Shown piece after piece: positions 9,608 through 16,298 of a DNA stretch of 32,000 nt. Each line of letters begins with the position of its first letter. The stretch's first letter is position 1. Position numbers and translations under genes: made by a program. The DNA lies in the NCBI GenBank assembly GCA_966696705.1, contig CBKZPU010000008.1:22859-54858 (forward strand). Reading direction: 5' to 3'. Under the pieces are notes generated by a model. It was not told where the DNA came from. It searched no databases and worked only from the letters and a program-made list of their open reading frames with translations. Source of the DNA: an uncultured Verrucomicrobiaceae bacterium. Its GTDB lineage: Bacteria > Verrucomicrobiota > Verrucomicrobiia > Verrucomicrobiales > Akkermansiaceae.

Positions 9608-10207
9608 TCAGTCGTGCAGCAACTCCGCCGCCAACCAGCGCTCGAAGGCGGCGTGGTCGTTCAGGTCGTACTGCCACGAGCGGAACCCGAGTTTCCTGCC
9701 GGTCTCGATGTTTGCGGGCAGGTCATCGATGTAGCGCGTTTCCGCCGGCTTCAAGCCGTGGGCTGCGATCGCGTGGCGGTAAATCTCCGGCTCCGGCTTG
9801 ATCGATCCGGTCTCGTAGGACAGCACCGCCCCGCCGAAGTGGCGGAAGATCTCATAGGTCTCGAAGATCCAAGGACAGTGGATGCCGTTGGTGTTCGAAA
9901 ACAGGATCAGCCGGTGACCATTGGCGGCGAGACTCTCGACCACCTGCCACATCGGCAAATTGGGCGTGAAGATGTTCCGCCAAGCTTGGAGAAAGTCCGC
10001 CTCGCCGACAGTTGAGCCCAAACGCTCGATTGCCCACGGAACATAATCAGCCACCGAAATCCGCCCGCCTTCGAAGTCGTCCTTCTTTTCTAACAAAACC
10101 GACAAGCGCTCGTTCGCATCCGCCGTGTCCGGCGGCAGCAGCTTGGCGAGCGAGGGCTCGAAGTGGAAATCGAGGAGCACCTTGCCGATGTCGAAGAGGA
10201 AGGTCAT
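9608..10207 (-). CDS. HAD-superfamily hydrolase, subfamily IA (YihX-like phosphatase)
   Basis: Motif I context MTFLFDIGKVLLDF resembles YihX FDLGNVIVD. The C-terminal motif is YIDDLPANIETGRKLGF. 199 aa. Confidence 0.8.
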   Translation of the reverse strand: MTFLFDIGKVLLDFHFEPSLAKLLPPDTADANERLSVLLEKKDDFEGGRISVADYVPWAIERLGSTVGEADFLQAWRNIFTPNLPMWQVVESLAANGHRLILFSNTNGIHCPWIFETYEIFRHFGGAVLSYETGSIKPEPEIYRHAIAAHGLKPAETRYIDDLPANIETGRKLGFRSWQYDLNDHAAFERWLAAELLHD

Positions 10208-10224
10208 GGGGCAGCGGGACGCTG

Positions 10225-10254
10225 AAGTGCCAAAGGAGAAGTGCCAAGTGCCGA
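10225..10254. repeat. Three short direct repeats AAGTGCC(A/G)A in a divergent intergenic region
   Basis: Copies at 10225-10233, 10239-10247 and 10246-10254, read directly from the sequence GAAGTGCCAAAGGAGAAGTGCCAAGTGCCGAGAAG. Function unknown. Confidence 0.5.
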
Positions 10255-10330
10255 GAAGCCCCGGTGAAATCGGTGTGAAGGGATCGTCGTTTCTCGACGG
10301 AATGGCCCGCCCGGGAGCATAAGATGGTGG

Positions 10331-10678
10331 ATGCTGTGCCTTGCGACCACATCAGCCTCCGATGAAATCGGCTCCTGGGTCTATATGTGGGCCTTCGGGT
10401 GTTTGGTTGCGTCGGCGATCCTTGTCGTTGTGGCCTTGGGGCTACTGATCTTTGAAAAAGATGGCATTCGCCGGATTGCGGCGGCGAGGGCCGGCCTCAG
10501 CTTCGTTCCGTTCTGCTTCACCGCTCACGTCTCCGAGATCGATTTCGTCGCGGTAGCCGGCGATGGCACTCCCGCCAGCGGGCCGTTGTGGGAATCCTTG
10601 TTGCTTCCCGGGATTCCGCTCTTTGCGTCGCTGCTGATGATCTGGTGGCGTTTGATCGATCCCATCAGGACGAATTGA
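10331..10678 (+). CDS. Small hypothetical membrane protein (115 aa, two hydrophobic segments)
   Basis: ATG start. Hydrophobic helices WVYMWAFGCLVASAILVVVALGLLIF and LLLPGIPLFASLLMIWW. GC3 is moderately high (about 70% by hand count). No family recognised, and the local GC is lower than the surroundings. Confidence 0.4.
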   Translation: MLCLATTSASDEIGSWVYMWAFGCLVASAILVVVALGLLIFEKDGIRRIAAARAGLSFVPFCFTAHVSEIDFVAVAGDGTPASGPLWESLLLPGIPLFASLLMIWWRLIDPIRTN

Positions 10679-10698
10679 ACCAAGTGGCCCCAACTGGA

Positions 10699-11802
10699 CT
10701 AAGGAGCCAATCGCCCCAGCACATGCCTCGCCGCGGCGATCGCCCCGGCATTCCGGCCGTGCGCGGCGAGCTTGCGCTTCATCCCACGCCACAGGGCGGC
10801 GTTGTCGGCGAGGAGGTCGGTGACCGCGGCGCGCATCGTTTCCGGGGTGTCGGCCAAGCGGCCGCCGCCGACCGCCTCTAACAAGCGGAGGTTGCCTTCT
10901 TCCTGGCCGGGGACGAGGTGGTGGACCAGCATCGGGCAGCGGGCGGCGAGCGCCTCGTGGACGGTCGCGCCGCCGGCCTTGCCGATGACGAGATGGTGGC
11001 TGTTGAGAAGCTGCGGGACCTTTCGCGTCCAGCCCTTGAGCTTCACCCGGCCGGGGAAGGCGTCGCGGATCTCCTTGGCCTTCTTCCACAGGTGGCGGAC
11101 GTTCTTGCCGAGCACGATGGTGATTTGGGTGCGCGGCGAGGCCTGAAGCACGGCCTTGGCGAAACGCCGGACCTGCAATCGGCGGGAGGTGGTGAAAAAC
11201 AGCACGCGGAAGGGCTCGCAGGGATCGTCCGCCGCGACCGGCGTGAGCCGGGAAAAGGCGGGATTGACCGGAAAGCCGGTATCGATCACCCGCTCAGCCG
11301 GCAGGCCGCCGCGGATCATCGCGTCGCGGGTGTAGGGGTCGGAGACCAGCCACTCGGCGGTCGGGCATTTCAGCCACGCGGCGTTGATCTCGATCGAGTC
11401 GGTGACGACCGTGAAGACCCTCGGCGGCTTGGGATTCCCCTCCAGCAGGCGCTCGAGGAAATAGGGGTAGAGCGGGTAGGTGGCGACTACCGCGTCGGGC
11501 TGCCAAGTGTCCACCAACTCGCCGAGCTTGCGCTCCGGCTTGCGCATCAGCGGCATGCGCTGCTTGGAGAAATCGACATCGGCGGTGCGCAGGTACACCT
11601 GATACCAGATCCGCGGGAAGCGGGTGGTGATGAAGCGGTAGCCATTGCAGATCCAGCGGGTGCTGTGGGGGGCTCCGAGCAGGCAGGGATCGGCGACGCG
11701 GGCCTCGGCACCGGCTTCCTGGAGCGCGAGCGCCAGGTTGCGGGCGGCGCTATTGTGGCCTTCGCCGAAGGCGGCAGTGCAAATGAGGATCCGGGAAGGC
11801 AT
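10699..11802 (-). CDS. GT28-family glycosyltransferase, MGDG-synthase / UgtP (diacylglycerol glycosyltransferase)-like
   Basis: N-terminal MGDG_synth-type motif ILICTAAFGEGHNSAARNL. C-terminal GT28 motif VIGKAGGATVHEALAARCPMLV...PGQEEGN. 367 aa. Confidence 0.85.
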   Translation of the reverse strand: MPSRILICTAAFGEGHNSAARNLALALQEAGAEARVADPCLLGAPHSTRWICNGYRFITTRFPRIWYQVYLRTADVDFSKQRMPLMRKPERKLGELVDTWQPDAVVATYPLYPYFLERLLEGNPKPPRVFTVVTDSIEINAAWLKCPTAEWLVSDPYTRDAMIRGGLPAERVIDTGFPVNPAFSRLTPVAADDPCEPFRVLFFTTSRRLQVRRFAKAVLQASPRTQITIVLGKNVRHLWKKAKEIRDAFPGRVKLKGWTRKVPQLLNSHHLVIGKAGGATVHEALAARCPMLVHHLVPGQEEGNLRLLEAVGGGRLADTPETMRAAVTDLLADNAALWRGMKRKLAAHGRNAGAIAAARHVLGRLAP

Positions 11803-11834
11803 CGGCGGGTGGCGCGCGGTTCATAATCCAAAGC

Positions 11835-12980
11835 ATGGCATTGCGTCGAACGGCATTTGCGGTTTTCGTCTGCCGCCGCATGTCCGAGTCCGATCCCAAG
11901 CTGCGCGTCGTCGATGACGAGGCCGAGAAGGCTGATGACGGAATCGTACGGCTCAAGGCGGCGGGCACGTCCTTCAACCAAGTCCAGCGCCTCGCCCCGC
12001 AGAAGGAGGCCGTCGAGGAATTGGAGCGGTTGGAATCCCAGCCCCGGGTGATCTTCGGGGGCCGCAGCCAGGAGCCCGGCGTCGAGGCGATTCTCGACAA
12101 GGAAGAAGTCGTCGAAAACGTCGAGCAACCGTGGGGAATGCGCGATCGGCGGCTGGCGGGGGTGCCTTACGGGTGGTTCGTGCTGGTCCTCGCGGCAGTG
12201 GTCGCGGCGGGCATCTGGTCGGTGAACCAGATGCGCAAGGGCGAGCACGAGGTCGCCCAGCGGCTGGCCGAAGTTCGGGAGATGAACGAGGACGAGGCCG
12301 CCGAGGAGCGTGCGGCGCGCGATCTGGTCGAGCGGATCGAGCGGGTGGTCCGCGACTACCTCGCGGCGGACACCCTGGAAGAGATCGTCCCGCTGGTGCG
12401 CCATCCGGAGCGGGTCAGGCCCTTGATCGAAGAGGAGTGGAAGGTCCGGCCGAAGCGCGCGATGAAATTCGCACGGCTGGCGATGTTCCAGCCCGCCAGC
12501 ATTCCCGGCGGCACGTTTTGGATCATTCGCGCGGAAACCCGCGACGCGGAGCCGCAGAACCTGATCGTGGAGCAATTGGGCGACACCGACGTGCGCGTGG
12601 ACTGGGAAACCCACGTCTGCCACCAGCCGATGGATTGGGGCCGCTACATCGCGGAACGTCCCTCCGGAGCCTTGGATTTCCGGGTCTGGGTGACTCCGGA
12701 CTCGCACTACAGCCACGAGTTTTCGAATGCCGGCCGCTGGCGCTGCTACCGGATCAAGACCCGCGGCTCGGAAGATCACTTGTTCGGCTACGCCCCGGCC
12801 GACAGCGACGTCGCACGCGAACTCGACCGCTATTTTCAAAGCACGCCGAATGGGGTGGCCACGGCGATCGTCCGGCTGCGCTTTCCTGCCGGTGGCGGCG
12901 CGCCGCGCGGAGTGGTGATCGAGAAATTGGTCGAGCCCCGCTGGATGCATGTTACGGACCCTTCCAAGGACGGCCCTTGA
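11835..12980 (+). CDS. Hypothetical membrane-anchored protein (single TM, large extracytoplasmic domain)
   Basis: Strong GC3 coding signal. TM segment GVPYGWFVLVLAAVVAAGIWSV. No family recognised. The alternative start ATG 11880 (MSESDPKL) is at least as plausible as 11835. Confidence 0.8.
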   Translation: MALRRTAFAVFVCRRMSESDPKLRVVDDEAEKADDGIVRLKAAGTSFNQVQRLAPQKEAVEELERLESQPRVIFGGRSQEPGVEAILDKEEVVENVEQPWGMRDRRLAGVPYGWFVLVLAAVVAAGIWSVNQMRKGEHEVAQRLAEVREMNEDEAAEERAARDLVERIERVVRDYLAADTLEEIVPLVRHPERVRPLIEEEWKVRPKRAMKFARLAMFQPASIPGGTFWIIRAETRDAEPQNLIVEQLGDTDVRVDWETHVCHQPMDWGRYIAERPSGALDFRVWVTPDSHYSHEFSNAGRWRCYRIKTRGSEDHLFGYAPADSDVARELDRYFQSTPNGVATAIVRLRFPAGGGAPRGVVIEKLVEPRWMHVTDPSKDGP

Positions 12981-15201
12981 TCCCAGCGGCTGGCCCTGCG
13001 AGCGTCCCGCCCGCGTGACGGAATCGACAAATCAACCGGACCGGTGGCAACGCTGGCTCTCAGGCACGGCGGTGGGCGCCGGTCTCATGCTTGCATACCA
13101 GTATGGCGTGTCGTTGTGGCGGTTGGCCGGCACTACTGGCGGGATGGACAGCGAGTTCAGCAAAATCGCCCGCGGCGAGCACCTGAGCTACCTCATCGGC
13201 CAGAATCTCATCGTCCTGGTCGGCTACGCGCTGTTGTGGCTGGCCGCGATTTTCCTGATCCTGCCGGCGGTAGCCACCCTGCGGAAGCGCTTTCCCTCCA
13301 AACGGCGTGGTGCCGCGGTAGTGCCCGCCTTGCTCATGGCCTTCGGCATTCACGGCTACTTCGTCGTGCGTCTGATCCATTCCCGGCCGTACTTCATGAC
13401 CGATGCCGAGTTCGGGCACTGGTATCACCGCTTGCTGGAGCTGCCGCCGGAGTCGTGGCGGCCGTGGGTGAATGGCGCGCTTTTCACGGTGCTGCCGTGG
13501 TTGGTGCTCGCCGCCGTGGTCGTCTGGTGGCTGCGGCGATTCGGCCCGCGCGCCCGCTGGGCCGCGGCCGCTGTGCTCGTCACAGGGATCGCGACCGCCG
13601 CCGTCTGGCCGCGGGACGGCTACGCCGCGGAAAAAGTCCAAGCCCAAGGCAAGCAGCCGCCGAATATCATCGTCATCGGCTCCGATTCCTTGCGCGGCGA
13701 CCGCGTCGGCTATTCCGGCTACCGCCCGGTGCGCACCGATGGTCCGGCTGCGGATGGCGTCTCGCCCCACATCGACGCGTGGGCGAAGGATGCCGCACGC
13801 TTCGAGCGCTGCTACACGCCGATCGGCTCGACCATGGAGTCCGCGATCAGCATGTTTTCCTCCACGTGGCCGCATACCCACGGCGTCCGCCACATGTTCC
13901 CCCGGCGCGAGCAGCTCGCGGCCACCCAGTCGAAAATCCGCACCATGGCCGACGTCCTCGCCGAGCGCGGCTACGACACCGCGGCGATCGGCGACTGGTG
14001 CGCGAACTACTACAACCAGATCCCGCTCGGCTTCCGCGACGTCTCGGTTTCCAGTTACGACAACTTCCGCGTCTATGTCAGCCAGGCCGTGCTGCTCGCG
14101 CACTTCGTGGTCCCGGTCTATTTCGACAATCCGGTTGGCTACCGGCTCTTCCCGCAACTCGGCTCTTTCGCCCAGTTCGTCACGCCGGATGTCGTCACCC
14201 AGCGCGTCGAGGACAAGCTCGCCCGCCAGGCCGCCAGCGGTCGTCCGTTTTTCTGGCACGTCTTCTACTCGTGCAACCACCTCCCGTATCGGGCGGGCAC
14301 CCGCTTCAAGCGCATGTTCACCGATCCCGCCTACCGGGGCGACAATCAGGACTTCGTGGCCTTCGACATCAACGAATTCGTCAGCGGCACCAACATGGAG
14401 GACAAGCTCAAGGCCTTGTCCGAGGCAGACGTCCGCCAGATCCGCGGCCTCTACGACGGCTGCACCCGCGAGTTCGACGACTGCTTCGGTCGCATCCTCG
14501 CCGCGCTCAAGAAGGAAGGCCTAGCCGAAAATACCATCGTCGTGATGTGTGCCGATCATGGCGACGATCTTTACGAACCCGGCGTGACGCTTACCCACGG
14601 TCTCGGCTTCAATGGCGGCGACCATTGCTCGCATATTCCGATGGCCATCGCCGGTCCCGGCATCAGCGGGAAGTCGCTGCCGGAGCAGATCCGCACCATC
14701 GACGTCGCGCCGACGCTACTCGATTTCCTGGGCATCGAAAAACCCGCCGATTGGGAGGGGACGAGCCTTGTCGGCTGGGTCAATGGCACCGAGACACCAC
14801 GTGACTTGCCGTTCTACGGGGAGACGAGCTTTCCCTACATCCTCTTCCGCGTCCCCGGCGTCGAACGGCCCGCGATGTCGCCGATGGACGAAATGACGAC
14901 CATCGACCGCGATTACAACTACCACTTCGTCCTGAAGCCGGAATGGGATGGCCCGGTGGTCTTTTCCAAGCAGCGCTGCCTGCGAACCCGGCATTGGAAA
15001 GTCGTGGCCACCCCGACCAAGGACGGCCGCCGCCACTACGGGCTCTTCCACCTCGACAGCGATCCTGACTGCCGCCGCGACCTCGCCAGCGGCCGCCCGG
15101 AAGTGCTGGAAACCATGAAGCTCGCGCTCGACTCGTGGATTGACGAGCACATCGAGACGCCGATCCACGGGATTTTCCCGCACGGCGAGCCGGAGGGCTG
15201 A
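12949..15201 (+). CDS. Polytopic membrane sulfatase-fold (alkaline-phosphatase superfamily) protein with LtaS/OpgB/YejM-type architecture
   Basis: About 5 N-terminal TM helices precede a sulfatase-like domain. Motifs: PPNIIVIGSDSLRGD (metal Asp), PIGSTMES (Thr295 at 13831-13833 as candidate nucleophile, no C/S-x-P-x-R FGly motif), MCADHGDD (Asp-His pair). ATG 12949 overlaps the upstream gene by 32 nt; the in-frame GTG 13015 is an alternative start. Confidence 0.85.
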   Translation: MLRTLPRTALDPSGWPCERPARVTESTNQPDRWQRWLSGTAVGAGLMLAYQYGVSLWRLAGTTGGMDSEFSKIARGEHLSYLIGQNLIVLVGYALLWLAAIFLILPAVATLRKRFPSKRRGAAVVPALLMAFGIHGYFVVRLIHSRPYFMTDAEFGHWYHRLLELPPESWRPWVNGALFTVLPWLVLAAVVVWWLRRFGPRARWAAAAVLVTGIATAAVWPRDGYAAEKVQAQGKQPPNIIVIGSDSLRGDRVGYSGYRPVRTDGPAADGVSPHIDAWAKDAARFERCYTPIGSTMESAISMFSSTWPHTHGVRHMFPRREQLAATQSKIRTMADVLAERGYDTAAIGDWCANYYNQIPLGFRDVSVSSYDNFRVYVSQAVLLAHFVVPVYFDNPVGYRLFPQLGSFAQFVTPDVVTQRVEDKLARQAASGRPFFWHVFYSCNHLPYRAGTRFKRMFTDPAYRGDNQDFVAFDINEFVSGTNMEDKLKALSEADVRQIRGLYDGCTREFDDCFGRILAALKKEGLAENTIVVMCADHGDDLYEPGVTLTHGLGFNGGDHCSHIPMAIAGPGISGKSLPEQIRTIDVAPTLLDFLGIEKPADWEGTSLVGWVNGTETPRDLPFYGETSFPYILFRVPGVERPAMSPMDEMTTIDRDYNYHFVLKPEWDGPVVFSKQRCLRTRHWKVVATPTKDGRRHYGLFHLDSDPDCRRDLASGRPEVLETMKLALDSWIDEHIETPIHGIFPHGEPEG

Positions 15202-15226
15202 CGCAGAGGCATCGCGGCAGCGGGGA

Positions 15227-16159
15227 TCAGTCGCGGCGGGTCAGCTCGACGAACACGTCCTCGAGCGTGGCGTCCTTCCGGTGCAGGCTGCGCATCGGCC
15301 AGCCGTACTGGCTGACCAGTTCGTGGATCCGCTCGCGGGCATCGGTGCCGGAATCGACGAGGATCTCGTAATGTGCCCAGTCCCCGGTCAGCGGCTCGGA
15401 GGTCACGCGCTTCACGTGGTCCAGCCGCTGCAGGGCCGGTCCGATGATCGCCAAGTCACCGGAAATCTCGGCATGCACCCGGCCGGCGGCACGCATCCCG
15501 GCCACCAGATTCTGCGGGGTGTCCTGCGCCTTGATCTGGCCGCCGTCGATGATGATCACCCGGCCGCAGGTCATCTCCACCTCGTGCAGGATGTGGGTGG
15601 AAAGCAGGATCGTGTGCTTCTCGGAGAGCTTCTTGATCAAATCCCGGATCTGCCGGATCTGGTTCGGGTCGAGGCCGTTGGTGGGCTCGTCGAGGATCAG
15701 GAGCTGGGGTTCATGGACCAGCGCGTCGGCGAGACCCACGCGCTGGCGGTAGCCCTTGGAAAGGACGCGGATCATTTTGCGGCGGACCGCTTCCAGTCCG
15801 CAGATCTCGATCACCTCGTTGACCCGCCGGCGGGCGTCGCGATTGGACAGGCCCTTCAGGGTGGCGCGGTATTTCAGATACTCGCGGACCCGCATGTCGT
15901 CATAGAGCGGGACGTTTTCCGGCATGTAGCCGATGCAGCGGCGCGCCTCGAGCGACTGGCGGAAGATGTCGTAGCCCGCGACCCGGGCGCTGCCGGAGGT
16001 TGGCGGCAGGTAGCCGGTCAGCATCCGCAGGGTGGTGGTCTTGCCGGCGCCGTTCGGACCCAGGAAGCCGACGATCTCGCCAGGGGCGACGTTGAAATCG
16101 ATGCCTTTGACCGCCTGGTGGCGGGCGAAGCTCTTGGTCAGTTGCCGGACTTCGATCAT
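15227..16159 (-). CDS. ABC transporter ATP-binding protein (ABC-2 / GldA / NatA-type), no adjacent permease
   Basis: Walker A GPNGAGKTT, signature LSKGYRQRVGLA, Walker B LLILDEPTNGLD, plus a roughly 80-aa C-terminal domain. Confidence 0.9.
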   Translation of the reverse strand: MIEVRQLTKSFARHQAVKGIDFNVAPGEIVGFLGPNGAGKTTTLRMLTGYLPPTSGSARVAGYDIFRQSLEARRCIGYMPENVPLYDDMRVREYLKYRATLKGLSNRDARRRVNEVIEICGLEAVRRKMIRVLSKGYRQRVGLADALVHEPQLLILDEPTNGLDPNQIRQIRDLIKKLSEKHTILLSTHILHEVEMTCGRVIIIDGGQIKAQDTPQNLVAGMRAAGRVHAEISGDLAIIGPALQRLDHVKRVTSEPLTGDWAHYEILVDSGTDARERIHELVSQYGWPMRSLHRKDATLEDVFVELTRRD

Positions 16160-16298
16160 GGACGATATGCAGGAAATTCGCCCCGAAATGCGGCCTTGTG
16201 CGTTGACGCGTCCGGGGCGGCCTCTTACCTAAGCCCTGCGTGCGAGGGGCCAAGCGGGAATTTCCGCAATCTCCCGCCGGCACCCGAACCTACCGCTC

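Noticed and set aside
11547-12950. 467-aa minus-strand ORF overlapping the GT28 start and the 381-aa hypothetical gene
   Set aside because: The composition is R/P/A-rich, and it spans a divergent promoter region. The plus-strand frame has much the better third-position GC bias and a clear TM segment.
13044-14804. 586-aa alternative-frame ORF (and the 13060..14280 antisense ORF) inside the sulfatase-fold gene
   Set aside because: The translations are arginine/proline-rich and implausible. The 12949..15201 frame carries the TM helices and the alkaline-phosphatase-superfamily motifs.
16203-16231. Possible sigma70-type promoter TTGACG-17-TACCTA upstream of sucA (and TTGCAC-17-TATGGC on the minus strand at 4199-4227 upstream of secA)
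   Set aside because: The -10 hexamers match the consensus at only 2-3 of 6 positions and lack the conserved final T. Promoter consensus for this lineage is unknown, so the support is too weak to report as features.
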